A stretch of 63,969 bases of DNA, counting the filler, from Octopus bimaculoides (Eukaryota): assembly GCF_001194135.2 (NCBI RefSeq). It is 6 parts of 6 records of this genome, joined end to end, with 100 filler letters (N's around TTAATTAATTAA, not from the genome) between each part and the next. Parts side by side here need not be neighbours in the genome. Positions count along the whole stretch, not along the records: positions 1 to 13,708 come from NC_069007.1; 5 more parts are not named here. One strand, written 5' to 3'. The translations under genes were made by a program, and so were the position numbers. Positions 1 to 12,690 of the stretch are shown here, one piece after another (the first letter of the stretch is position 1; each line of letters opens with the position of its first letter). The notes under the pieces are model-generated. The model saw only the letters and a program-made list of their open reading frames with translations. It ran no database searches and was not told the origin of the DNA.

Positions 1-77
1 TGTAAAAAACATTTTCATTCTCCCTCTTCTTGATAATTTGCCATGCAATGAAAGCCGGTTAGAAATCTTTATTAAAA

Positions 78-240
78 TATGCTATCTATCTAGAAATCTA
101 TCTATCTATCTATCTGTCTATTCATCTGTCTATCTATCTATCTACCTATCTATCTATTTGTCTATCTATCTCTCTATCTTTCTTTATATCTATCTGTGTA
201 TCTATCTATCTATCTATATATATATATATATATATATATC
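78..240. repeat. (TATC)n/(TA)n compound microsatellite
   Basis: Direct reading. Confidence 0.9.
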
Positions 241-1446
241 TGTATGTCTACTATCTCCGACTATTTAACCATCCATCCACCAATCCACCAACCTGTCTGT
301 CTTCGTCTCTATCCGTATCTTCCATTCTCTCCTCCACCTCCTCGTCCTCCAGAGCCTCACACCCTAAAACTCTGCCATCCTCTCTACAATCCTCCTTTCC
401 GATATCTCGATATCTCTCTAACACGCCATCCTGTCATGCATTCTGGGACGAAACACTAGTGTTTGTCGTCTGCTAATGGACCTCGACTCCACTGGCTAAT
501 TGAAACGGGGTGGTCTGCTGGCAATGTCATTGATGTCCTTTCTACATAGCCATATTGATTGGTGGTGGTGGTGGTGGTGGTGGTGTCCTCCCTATTGATC
601 TATTGACAAAAGGGTGGCGGTGTTGGTAAATGTCGGAGTGGGGTGAGATAGAGAAGGTTAAGCAGTCCTAAGTAATTATTCTAACAATGGTATTTTGATA
701 GTCAAGTGGCAGCTAATACATCTTTGTGTGTGTGTGTGTGTGTGTGTATGTGTGTATGTGTGTATTTGTATGTGATATGTTATAATATGTATGTGTGTGT
801 GTGTCGTTACTGTGAAGATCAGGAAAAATTATTGGTAGATGGTTCCTATTGTTTATTAAAGTTAATTACAAACAGAAGAAATGTTGATGGTGATGGAATT
901 ATGGAATCTTACATTCTGTGAGCAAGATGGNNNNNNNNNNNNNNNNNNNNNNNNNNNNNNNNNNNNNNNNNNNNNNNNNNNNNNNNNNNNNNNNNNNNNN
1001 NNNNNNNNNNNNNNNNNNNNNNNNNNNNNNNNNNNNNNNNNNNNNNNNNNNNNNNNNNNNNNNNNNNNNNNNNNNNNNNNNNNNNNNNNNNNNNNNNNNN
1101 NNNNNNNNNNNNNNNNNNNNNNNNNNNNNNNNNNNNNNNNNNNNNNNNNNNNNNNNNNNNNNNNNNNNNNNNNNNNNNNNNNNNNNNNNNNNNNNNNNNN
1201 NNNNNNNNNNNNNNNNNNNNNNNNNNNNNNNNNNNNNNNNNNNNNNNNNNNNNNNNNNNNNNNNNNNNNNNNNNNNNNNNNNNNNNNNNNNNNNNNNNNN
1301 NNNNNNNNNNNNNNNNNNNNNNNNNNNNNNNNNNNNNNNNNNNNNNNNNNNNNNNNNNNNNNNNNNNNNNNNNNNNNNNNNGGGATTAGGAAGTGTGATA
1401 GTGTCACTGCTGGTGTTGTCAAGACCAGTATTATAATCCCACTGTG

Positions 1447-1535
1447 GTCAACGTTGCCTTTCATACTTTCTGGGTCAATGAAAAAGTACCAGTTGAACCC
1501 TGGGGTCAATTAATTAACTAGCTCCTTCCCCACAA
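1447..1535 (+). mobile_element. SINE family 1 fragment (3' half), CpG-decayed
   Basis: ttgcctttcat...gggtcaatgaaaaagtaccagttg...ctggggtcaat matches the family-1 copies elsewhere in the window. Confidence 0.7.
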
Positions 1536-1562
1536 AATTTTGCTCCAGCTGGCAGTTATGAG

Positions 1563-1745
1563 GTGTGCTTGTAATTCAAAAGGGCCATCCTTGTCACATT
1601 CTGTGTCCTGCTGAATCTCCTTGGAAACTATGTTAAGGGTACACGTGTCTGTGGAGTGCTCAACCACTTGCAAATTAATTTCATGGGCAAGTTGTTCTGT
1701 TGATTGGATCAAGCGGAACACTCGTCATCGAAACTGACGAAGAGC
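1563..1745 (+). mobile_element. SINE-like family 7 fragment (second copy at 27165-27335)
   Basis: Shared tgtaattcaaa(a/g)gggcca.ccttgtcaca...gaactacgttaa...tgtggag..ctcaaccacttgc with 27165-27335. Confidence 0.65.
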
Positions 1746-1978
1746 TTGTGCTCCCAGCATGCAGGTTGGAGAAAGTACTTGTCTTCGGTTGTCAGGGTAA
1801 CCTGGATTTGTGAGGAGTAGTTTCTTTGATTCGACCCTACATGACTCTCTCCATACCTGTCCCCTATTAAGGCATCACTTTGCATTCCTTTTGTTTTTAT
1901 TTGTTTTTCTTTCTTTCTTTCTATAACTGATTGTCTGAAAAACTCACATTTTATTTTTCTTTGTACTTTGTAATCTTC

Positions 1979-2047
<69 letters not shown>

Positions 2048-3008
2048 GTACATGTGTTACTACACAAAAAAACATTCGAGAACCAAATGTTAACATATGA
2101 ATGTTCTTATGCCTTGCATGTGATTGCCTGAAATTTCTGATCTGTGTTTTGCCCACCCCCAGACTCAACATATTCATGTTAAAAACAAGTTAAAGCAGCA
2201 GCCGGTTTTTTTTTTTTTGTTTTTTGTTTTTTTTCCTCCTCCCCACAAGACTGTTTATTTAATGTCAAAATAGAAGAATTCTGTTCAACTTTATTTCGTT
2301 TTTCCATTTCTTTCTCATTAATGATACTATCTTTATCCCTCACTAACTGAACACTTATTTTATCAGAATTGCAATCTATTTCTGATGTCGAGAAACGAAA
2401 TTCCTGGAGATTATGCCAGAATCTGGTTGATTTCTGTACCATTCTAGTTTATTCTTTTTACCATTCTTTCTCTCTTTCTCTGAAGAAACATCAATAGTTT
2501 AGCTTTAAGGATAAACATTTGAAAGTTATTTTTGGAAAAAAACGTGCATAAATTACTCTTTTTTTCTTCTCTTTTTTTGTGTTTGTTTCTTTTCAAAATG
2601 AAGCTGGGGCATAAACCAGTGATGAGAGATTTTGCTTTTTATATCAGCTGATAGCTGACCTCTTAGGAATTCCTGTTCCCAAAAGCTTCAACTCCAGATC
2701 TGCTCTGCCATGGGATACTACACACATGCACACACTCATACACCCCAGCAGTAACCACTCTGCTCAGTCCCCTACTCCAGAATGTCACAAGTTCCCCCTC
2801 CCCAAAACCCCTCAAATCTCCTCCCTGCCCCAAATTTTCATGCAGATGCTAATCTGCCAGATGTTTGGATTTAACATCAACTTTATCAGTCTTGTTAGTC
2901 TCACCTGTAAAGGTCACGGACACAACCACTTCCTCCCAAATAAACCATTAAAAACATGTGTGTATGAGTGTATTTATGTATTTTATTTTTTAATTTTTTT
3001 TTTTTTTT

Positions 3009-3198
3009 ACTTGTTTCAATCATTTGACTGCGGCCATGCTGGAACACCACCTTGAAGGATCTTAATCAAACAGATTGGCTCCATGACTTATTTTTTTAAA
3101 GCCTATTACTTAATCTATTGGTCATTTTTACTGAACCGCTAAGTTACAAGGATGTAAAAACCCCAACACTGGTTGTCAAATGGTAGTGGGGGGGGGGC
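3009..3198 (-). mobile_element. SINE family 2 copy
   Basis: catttgactgcggccatgctgg..caccacc...ccgctaagttac..ggatgtaaa...ggttgtcaa. Homologous to 14196-14345, 33576-33720, 55700-55890, 57780-57935 and 59695-59880. Strand assigned from tail similarity to the LINE end at 37177. Confidence 0.8.
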
Positions 3199-4152
3199 AA
3201 ACTCAGACACACACACACACTCACACACATACACACACACACATATACTGTAAGTGAATATGTTAACTAACTAATTAATTTGTATCCATTAGAACTCTCT
3301 GTTGTCTAACTCGTCTAACTGACTGCTCTCAAAAATTAAGTAAAATAACCAGGAAAAATAATCCAGAATCCTTGTCCGGTACCAAATCGGTCCCAAAATT
3401 TAATCACTTTGTGCCAGTTATGAGGCCAAACATCCCTGAAAGTTTCATCTGAATCAATCCAGCAGTTCTTGAGATATCTTGTTAACTATAACATTTCTTT
3501 GTTAATTATAATACTGTGTGTATTAATTTCTATGTCCTAATATGGAAACAATTTTCAATTGTGTATGCATCATATATGGAAAGTGCCTTTTAAATAAGAT
3601 AATCTTAGAAAGTGTGAGGAAGGGCATTCTGATATCTAATGAAGGGTTGCATGGGTCCATAAAGATTGTAAACCCCTGCTCCAACACATTCTTGNNNNNN
3701 NNNNNNNNNNNNNNNNNNNNNNNNNNNNNNNNNNNNNNNNNNNNNNNNNNNNNNNNNNNNNNNNNNNNNNNNNNNNNNNNNNNNNNNNNNNNNNNNNNNN
3801 NNNNNNNNNNNNNNNNNNNNNNNNNNNNNNNNNNNNNNNNNNNNNNNNNNNNNNNNNNNNNNNNNNNNNNNNNNNNNNNNNNNNNNNNNNNNNNNNNNNN
3901 NNNNNNNNNNNNNNNNNNNNNNNNNNNNNNNNNNNNNNNNNNNNNNNNNNNNNNNNNNNNNNNNNNNNNNNNNNNNNNNNNNNNNNNNNNNNNNNNNNNN
4001 NNNNNNNNNNNNNNNNNNNNNNNNNNNNNNNNNNNNNNNNNNNNNNNNNNNNNNNNNNNNNNNNNNNNNNNNNNNNNNNNNNNNNNNNNNNNNNNNNNNN
4101 NNNNNNNNNNNNNNNNNNNNNNNNNNNNNNNNNNNNNNNNNNNNNNNNNNNN

Positions 4153-4346
4153 CCGGACTGGCCCTCATGCCGGTGGCATGTAAAAAGCACCCACTACACT
4201 CTCGGAGTGGCTGGCGTTAGGAAGGGCATCCAGGTGTAGAAACTCTGCCAGATCAGATTGGAGTCCAGTGTAGCCATCTGGTTCACCAGTCCTCAGTCAA
4301 ATCGTCCAACCCATGCTAGCATGGAAAGCAGACGTTAAATGATGAT
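4153..4346 (+). mobile_element. RTE LINE 3' end or RTE-derived short element with (GAT)n tail
   Basis: gccggtggcatgtaaaaagcacccactacac matches the end of the RTE at 32935-32970, and the remainder matches 13809-14013. Confidence 0.85.
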
Positions 4347-5077
4347 TGGTTGAGAAGCGAGCTGCTTACCACATAGCCACACCTGTGCAATAATAATGTA
4401 ACTCCTGGATAGAACAAGTTCTCCCTCTCACTCTACCCTAAATGTTGGGGGTCCTGCAATGTATTAACATGGAGTTAGTATTCCTTGATTCCTGCAATTC
4501 AAGGGGCAGAGTGTCTTTTGTGGTTACTTGACCTGCTAAAAATAGCAGCCAAATTTCCTGAAACTTTACCATACTGTCTTACAATTGAACGCAGTGGTGT
4601 AGGGGGCCTAGACTCTTTGTAGACAGGATGGTCATGGCTGGAGAGTCTCTGATCATCGTTTCTAACCTGAAGGGAATCGTTATCATCATTGACACAAACA
4701 TGTACAAAGCAATCATTTTCTCCAATTTCTTCATGCTTTGTTCTTTTGTGTGTGTGTGTGAGAGAGAGAGAAAGTGGAAGTGATGCGTCTGAAGCTGGGT
4801 GGAACGAAGTAGGAGGTTGTCTTGTTATTGTTGCTTGAATAAAGAAAGGTCTGCTGTTTTGTTGTTTCCAGCTGCTGGTCAAGATGAGACCTGGTCTGAC
4901 CAGATTCACGGCAAAAAAATACCTGATTTGTTGTAAGTTGTGTTCGAGTTAATTTTAGTAGTAAACCGGCCAGCCATTTTGTGGAGTTTGCTGGCAGAGA
5001 TTTGATGGAATATTTCCAGTTACATCTCTTTCACCAAACTTTGTGACCTTGGACCACTATGAGAAATGATGAGGGCT

Positions 5078-5470
5078 CATTCTGAGTTCAAATCCTGCCT
5101 AGGTCAACTCTGCCTTTCTTCTCTCTGGAGGGTCAACAAAATAAATTAGCAGTCAATTACCAGACTAACACTACCCTTCTTTTTGTCCTATACTTCTAGA
5201 ACAAAATTCTTCAGGCATGGCTACACAATGGAAACCCTGACCAGCTGGAGCATTTGGTTCTGTCGACTGTGTTGAGAAGGGAAGGAGCTGTGGAGAAGCC
5301 GTTGTTTACTATAGTAACCCAATCTATCAGCTGATTGCAGTGGCTAACAGAATGTTCTGAGTTCAAATCCTACCATAGTCGATTTTTTGCTTTTCATATT
5401 TTTTCAGAATTTGATAAAATAAATAAATAGCAGTCAGACGTTATCAGTTTGATCCAATCACCTTTGCTCA
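5078..5470 (+). mobile_element. Two decayed SINE family 1 fragments (about 5078-5170 and 5355-5470)
   Basis: Both carry the ttctgagttcaaatcct..c..aggtc(a/g)a.. B-box region followed by aaaataaa..agcagtca. Confidence 0.6.
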
Positions 5471-5959
5471 TTCTTCTGAACTTGTGGACCCCTGGGCCAC
5501 CATCAATGTTCACACACTACCTTTCTGCCATCTCATTTATCAAACCATCCCATAATTAGGTTCTGTTTTAACCCGTTTTCTTTGTTGGTTTGATTCATTG
5601 TTCAAGTGTGAAATCTAGTGTTGAAAATATATTCCTTGATTGCTTCTGTACCCCACCCGCACCCTCTTACACACACACACACACACACACACCCCGACTC
5701 AGTCTTAGATGTTCTGTAAGAATCTCTGAACTCATGTCATCTGTTTAACATTTTCATTGTCTCTCACCCTCTCCACAGTCGTTGGTTAAAGTTGTACAAG
5801 GACCTGGTCAAGTGGCTGTAAACCACTGGACAACTCTTACAAACACATTATGTCATAACTTGCTATGATAAGCTGTGACAACAATGTGTTGAAAATGCTT
5901 AAACGTTATTCACCTATCAGTCTCTGCATCTCTCTGTCTATCTCTCTAATGTGTATTTA

Positions 5960-6020
5960 TCTAATTACTACTCATTTGTCTATCTATCTCTACCCATCTA
6001 TCTACCTCTCTATCTACCTC

Positions 6021-6071
<51 letters not shown>

Positions 6072-6370
6072 CTTTATCTATCTATCTATCTATCTCTTTA
6101 TCTATCTATCTATAATGCTTGCTCGATCTTTCTCTCTCTCTCTCTCATAGACAGTTTGTATCTAACTATTGTTTTGCCTCTATCATTTGTGTGTTTATCT
6201 TTTGTCCACTCATCCACATCTGTGTTTATCTCTCCATCCATTTATCTATCTGCCCAGTATCCACGTATGTATCTCTTCCTCTTTCTGTTTGCTTGTCTGT
6301 ATATTTATTGATCTATCTACCTATTTATTTCTCCATCCATCCATCCATCCATCCATCCATCTATGTCTCT
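5960..6370. repeat. (TATC)n/(TCCA)n degenerate tetranucleotide array
   Basis: Direct reading. Confidence 0.85.
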
Positions 6371-6985
6371 AACTATCCACATATGTATGTATCTCTTTCC
6401 CCCTTGTCTACATATAAATGTATCCATTCACCCATTCTATCAGTCTACCTGTCAGTTTGTCTATCCATTTACCCACTTCACTTTCTTTCTAGTCACAGAA
6501 TTACCTGTGATGTTGGTAGAAGTGTTTGTCTCATTCATATAACTTCTTGCTAATACTCTTCCAATCCTCCAGCGATCTATCTGTCTTCATATCTATTTAA
6601 CCATCCAGGTATTTGTCTCTATATTAATCATTCCATCCATCTCTGTCTGTCAGTCATTCTGTATGTCTATAAACTTAACCATTCATCTATCCATCAGTCT
6701 CTATATCCATTCATCCATCCACATTGATCTCTCTATATCTGTCTGTCTTTCTCTCCATCCATCCCTCTATACTTACCTGTCTCTCCATTTATTCATTTAT
6801 CACTCACCTGCTTACCCACCACCTCCCTTATTACTGACCTCATTGAAACATGGACCGGTTCCATTTTACCATGTCACCAGTACAATAGACGATGTCACCA
6901 GGAAAACTAAAAGAGTTGTTTCTAACTTGTTGCTTCTGTTTGTTATTTATAATAATTTAAAAATTGTAAGAAAGAAGAAAGCAAA

Positions 6986-7030
6986 GGACCACTGATGAGG
7001 TCACAGAAGTGTGACGAAAGAACTCTGGCC
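6986..7030 (+). ncRNA. Minimal type I hammerhead ribozyme-like motif (Penelope-type), intronic
   Basis: GG(A)CCA-CTGATGA-G-GTCAC agaagt GTGAC-GAAA-gaac-TC-TGGCC. Catalytic core intact, 5-bp stem II, stem I CCA/TGG plus GG/CC, stem III reduced to one pair. Confidence 0.65.
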
Positions 7031-7399
7031 GAAATAGGATTAATGTAATATAATGTAATATAAAGCTGAAGCAAATTAACACCAAATATACAGTGCGTGT
7101 GTTTTTATTGGCTAAACTGGCAATATGACCATCGCCAAGTACAACAACATCTGTTTCAACACACGATTTCACATCAAAAATCTTGCAAAACAAATATATA
7201 AACGGAATGTATTTTATAATTTATGAAAAAACTTCTCTTACTTGAAAGAATCATCTCCCTTTGGCACCCTGGTGTCACATTTCTTTACACTGCCAGTTAA
7301 CCCATGAATGACAAAGATATATATCAACAAATTGAGATACTTGTTTTATAATCAAATCATTAAATTGTAATTAAATTCATCATTGTTTTTTACCTTTAG

Positions 7400-7523
7400 A
7401 CAAAACCTTGAAATTGTTCAAGAACTGGCTGATATGGCATCGGTGGGACGAGCTTGTGGCAATCTTGGCAACACCTACTACTTGTTGGGGGATTTCAAAA
7501 AGGCCATCCACTACCATGAACGG
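7400..7523 (+). CDS. GPSM2: G-protein-signalling modulator (LGN/AGS3/Pins family), internal TPR-coding exon
   Basis: Acceptor tttag|A at 7398-7399 and donor cgg|GTAAAT at 7524. Reads (x)QNLEIVQELADMASVGRACGNLGNTYYLLGDFKKAIHYHER, matching the LGN/Pins TPR motif GRAxGNLGNTxYLLGxF. Ends in phase 0 and joins the next exon in frame. Confidence 0.95.
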
Positions 7524-8792
7524 GTAAATTAATCATCTCCCATTTTACTTGTACTCTTTTCACAACCCTCAGCAGTCCATGGGGCTGGAATTTAATTGCA
7601 TTTTCCGTTGTACTCTTTCACGGATAGATTTGAACTTATGATTCAGTGATCCGATACTTTTAGTTAATATATCCCAGAAGGTGACATAAAATAAAAACTT
7701 CTATCCCAATTACACAACTGAAATAGCTAATCTGATAAAAACCCGAATCCTGCTCAAACACAAGACAGAAATCATGCAGAACAGAAATAAAATTCTGCAT
7801 CCAAAAGCAAAACAAGGAAATAAGAAAAGAATATAAACTACAGAAAAACATTGATAGAGGATTCATGTTGTTTTCTTTCCAGTATATTCACACCTGTGCT
7901 GTTCTATTCTTTCACCTATGTTATGTGTCATTTCGCCTATATAAGTTACAACAGTCTTTTTATATTGTTCAATGCATCTCATGATTTATAATGTTGTTTG
8001 AGTTTTACAGTTTATTTCTGGGTTTAAACATGCAAATCAGGAGTTTACTATAAGAAATACTCTGGAAGATTATTATAAATTATTTAAGATTATTATAAAT
8101 AATCTGGAAGATTATTTATGCATTTTGAGCATGTAGAAAAAGAAAAAAATTCAAATATCTGTGTCCAGGGAGAGGCTGTGTGGTAAGTAGCTTGCTCCCC
8201 AACCACATGGTTCTTGTTCCCTAATAGAAATCTGGGTACTAATAGAAATCACAAAGCTGCTGTACATGTTAGATAAACATGTGACAAACTTCTAATAGGA
8301 AATTCCTTACACTTGGCAATTGGAGAGTTAGTCATAAATATGTGGTAAATATTCATTCTAATGACAAAGTTGATTATTAATAGTTAATTAGTAACCTGGA
8401 AAATTATTGTCTTATCAAATTCCAAATTTATTTTACTTGAATTATTCGGATCTTTCTGATTTGACGGGCAACACTTTTCATTTATGTTTTATGTAGTGTT
8501 TTTGGTACCGAAACACTTTCAAACTTCGTATACTTGTATATTTTGTGTTATAGAACAGATAAAAATTTTTGTATTCGAAGTTATTTCATGTTAAAAATTG
8601 TCTTATTTTGATAATTTCAACCAATCACTGACGTCTATTCAGTTGAATACAGTTAGTGCTGTGACGGTGTATATGGTATTAATCCCTGTTAGTTCTGACA
8701 TTTCCTATGAGCTAGACTGTTCGTAAACACATGTGTTGCTTATTTTTTCTTAGTCTCTGTTTTATTTTTAACTTTTGTTATTGTTTTTGCAG

Positions 8793-8908
8793 AGATTAGC
8801 AATTGCTAAAGAATTTGGTGATCGATCTGCTGAGCGAAGAGCTTACACTAACTTGGGTAATGCATACATCTTTCTGGGCGAATTCGAAAATGCTGCTGAA
8901 CATTATCA
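8793..8908 (+). CDS. GPSM2: GPSM/LGN/Pins internal TPR-coding exon
   Basis: Acceptor ttgtttttgcAG at 8791-8792 and donor ca|GTAAGT at 8909. Reads RLAIAKEFGDRSAERRAYTNLGNAYIFLGEFENAAEHY(H), near-identical to LGN RLLIAKEFGDKAAERRAYSNLGNAYIFLGEF. Ends in phase 2. Confidence 0.96.
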
Positions 8909-9212
8909 GTAAGTGAACCCTCAAACTTCACTCCTATTTTAGTGGCTCTTAATCTAACCGTTCTTTCAACAACAATTGTATTCTCTCCTACAACACCCCG
9001 TCTTGTCCTAAAGAATTAGGACAGCCAGTAATTGCCAGTTAACTCCCTTGGATGTAGATCTTTGTGGCAAAAGAGTTGATTGCTAATATCTCTTCAGTGG
9101 TCGGAGGAATGGCTTTCTGTCGGTGGCACTGATCCCTCTGCTGTGCAATGTGTTATTTCTTTACTACCCACAAGGGGCTACACACAGAGGGGACGAACAA
9201 GGACAGACAAAC

Positions 9213-9479
9213 GGATTAAGTCGATTATATCGACCCCAGTGCATAACTGGTACTTATTTAATCGACCCCAAAAGGATGAAAGGCAAAGTGGACCTCGGCG
9301 GAATTTGAACTCAGAATGTAGCGGAAGATGAAATNNNNNNNNNNACTGGTACTTATTTAATCGACCCCAAAAGGATGAAAGGCAAAGTGGACCTCGGCGG
9401 AATTTGAACTCAGAATGTAGCGGAAGATGAAATACCGCTAAGCATTTCGCCCGGTGTGCTAACGGTTCTGCCAGCTCGC
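9213..9479 (-). mobile_element. SINE family 1, young tRNA-head copy (87 bp duplicated across a 10-N gap)
   Basis: Minus strand gcgagctggcagaaccgttagc (A box) ... ttctgagttcaaattccgccgagg (B box) ... ggggtcgattaaataagtaccag. Confidence 0.85.
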
Positions 9480-9684
9480 TGCCAGTGTGCACTATATATG
9501 TTCTATAGAAAGTTCAGTTGATTGAATATTGGAAATATTCAACACTAAAAATCACAAAGATTCACCATTTTTTTGGTGACAACACTAATGTATGTTGGCA
9601 GGATATAAACAGGAAGTTTTGAATTTCATAGAAGTGTTTCTCTTGTTTTTGGCCACATTCTCGCCTCTCCCCACACCTTTCCTG

Positions 9685-10420
<736 letters not shown>

Positions 10421-11694
10421 TTGATTCTTCTCCACAAACGAAGACAGACAGACAGATTTCACTAATGAGAGTGCTGAAGATAACGTATTATTTTGATCAC
10501 ATGTGCGTTAGTAGAGTGTATTGTTGTTACTATAATTAGCTCTGCCTGTGCTGATGCTGAAGACTATCTCTTTGGATTGGCTCCTGCACATTCTCCCAGG
10601 AAAATCCGTGCTTTTTTTTTTAACTACATTTCGAGCCCTTAAACTAATTTGTCTTTTTCTGCAACAGGATCTCAACAACACAGCACAGACTGTTGTTGTT
10701 GTACCCCGTGTTAGTTTTTTTGAAACCAACCTATGATCTCGGAAACATTCCAGCAACGACCATCCCGTCTTCTCCTTCCTTGTGCATAGAGAACCTGGGA
10801 CCATTTTTGCTAGTAGGATGTGTGATTTGAGAAACATTTAGCTGCTGTTTCTAGCAGGTTTAGTTACAGCATAAAGGCTTCTCTGGTTTGTAATTTGGAA
10901 GTTGCTCTGTATGTGTGTGTGTGTGTTCTTTGATTCCTTTTTCTAAGTGGAGACGATAAGGGTCTCCCTCTCTCCTTCTCTCTCACATACTCCAATCCCC
11001 TTTCAACAGTGGGTAGGGGCACTCCCATCTTATCCTGTCCCACTTGGGTAAACTATTTCTTGTTACTGCGAAGAGAGCTTGTCCATGATGACGACGATGA
11101 TGACAGTACTTGATTGTTTCTCTCATTAACACAAAACTATATTTCAACACCAGTGCAACAATAACAACAACACGATGTATATATTTTGCAAAATATTTAC
11201 AAACTATTTCTGGTGTGTATAACCTAATTACTTTATTCATTAACAAATTAATAACCTTTTATTTTGTTTTATTTTGCTTTTGTATTCTTTTCTATATTTT
11301 TTATATTTTCTAATTTATTGTTCGCACTTCAGGTCATTAATTAACTATCTCCGTTGTTATTACATGTGTGTGTGTTTTTGTGTATATGTGTGTGTGTCCA
11401 TTTTCATATTGCGTGTATAAATGTAAATGTGTTTTTGTGTACGTAGTGTGTTTGTGTCTGTGTGTATACATAACCATTGTGTATGCATGTATAGACACTT
11501 GTGCTCATTAAATATAAACGTACTTGTCTATATTGCATATTCTTGTATACACTAGTGTACTTAGCACGTGTAATATACACTTGTGTTCATTGTATACATG
11601 TATATACACTTGTGTACTGTGTGTGTGTGTTTATATACAAGACCACATGAACATAAGTCACTTGCCTCTGGCTCTATCTCTCTCTCTATATATA

Positions 11695-11726
<32 letters not shown>

Positions 11727-11795
11727 CAGTCACCATGATAGATCGCTGACCACGACATTTAAAAAAAAATTTTTCTCCTTGTTTTTCTCCTTATT

Positions 11796-11832
11796 TCTTT
11801 CTGTTGAAGAGCGTAGCTCTAAACGTTAAAGA
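11796..11832 (+). ncRNA. Degenerate minimal hammerhead-like motif inside a short interspersed element (about 11727-11920)
   Basis: TCTTT-CTGTTGA-A-GAGC gta GCTC-TAAA-CG-TT-AAAGA. Stems I and II pair and loop III is palindromic (AACGTT), but core A6 and G12 are substituted. Confidence 0.45.
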
Positions 11833-12308
11833 CTTTCTCTATTCCCGAGCATTAAACTAATACATCCTTTTGTTGTTTACACCACCTGTCCTCGTCTGTT
11901 GTTTTTTTCATAGATTCTCCCATATATATATATATATATATATATATNNNNNNNNNNNNNNNNNNNNNNNNNNNNNNNNNNNNNNNNNNNNNNNNNNNNN
12001 NNNNNNNNNNNNNNNNNNNNNNNNNNNNNNNNNNNNNNNNNNNNNNNNNNNNNNNNNNNNNNNNNNNNNNNNNNNNNNNNNNNNNNNNNNNNNNNNNNNN
12101 NNNNNNNNNNNNNNNNNNNNNNNNNNNNNNNNNNNNNNNNNNNNNNNNNNNNNNNNNNNNNNNNNNNNNNNNNNNNNNNNNNNNNNNNNNNNNNNNNNNN
12201 NNNNNNNNNNNNNNNNNNNNNNNNNNNNNNNNNNNNNNNNNNNNNNNNNNNNNNNNNNNNNNNNNNNNNNNNNNNNNNNNNNNNNNNNNNNNNNNNNNNN
12301 NNNNNNCA

Positions 12309-12690
12309 GAAGCCTTCGAACAGGGTTCATTTTCCACAATTCTCTTCAAACAGCGAAGCTTCCTTTCCGAGGGCCCAGGTCGGCCGGAACGAGAATCTGT
12401 TGATTCTTTACCGTGGAATTTGAATTGCACTATAATTCTATTAACAGTAGCAAGAGGAATTTGAAAATTTTCGGTAATTTTTCGCTGGCTAAAAACCTCT
12501 TTGAAAATCTGACAGTTCTGCTGAATTTTTTGTGTCGTGGCATGGTCACTCTTCACAAATGCTTAATATAATGGCACCTGGAATGAAAAAGAATAATTAC
12601 ATTGTAAATTCTACACCGCTGAAGACATATCAACACACTTAGATCAGAAATTTAAAAAATTAAAAATGTCTATTTCCTGCATGTCTGTGT
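12309..12690 (-). mobile_element. Tc1-like transposase 5' fragment (frameshifted HTH domain)
   Basis: ATG at 12543 [12 protein letters not shown], frameshifted into [57 protein letters not shown]. This is the Tc1 paired-like HTH with the RSGRP motif. It runs into a gap. Confidence 0.85.

Noticed and set aside
446-473. GGACGAAA followed by the palindrome AAACACTAGTGTTT, resembling the 3' half of a hammerhead
   Set aside because: No CTGANGA core or stem II partner upstream.
3290-3490. Segments here and at 8450-8690 and 14960-15080 reminiscent of non-autonomous DNA or Helitron-type repeats
   Set aside because: No second copy, TIR, TSD or terminal hairpin could be verified within the window.
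9246-9431. 87-bp exact direct repeat within a SINE
   Set aside because: The copies sit either side of a 10-N gap, consistent with an unmerged contig overlap.
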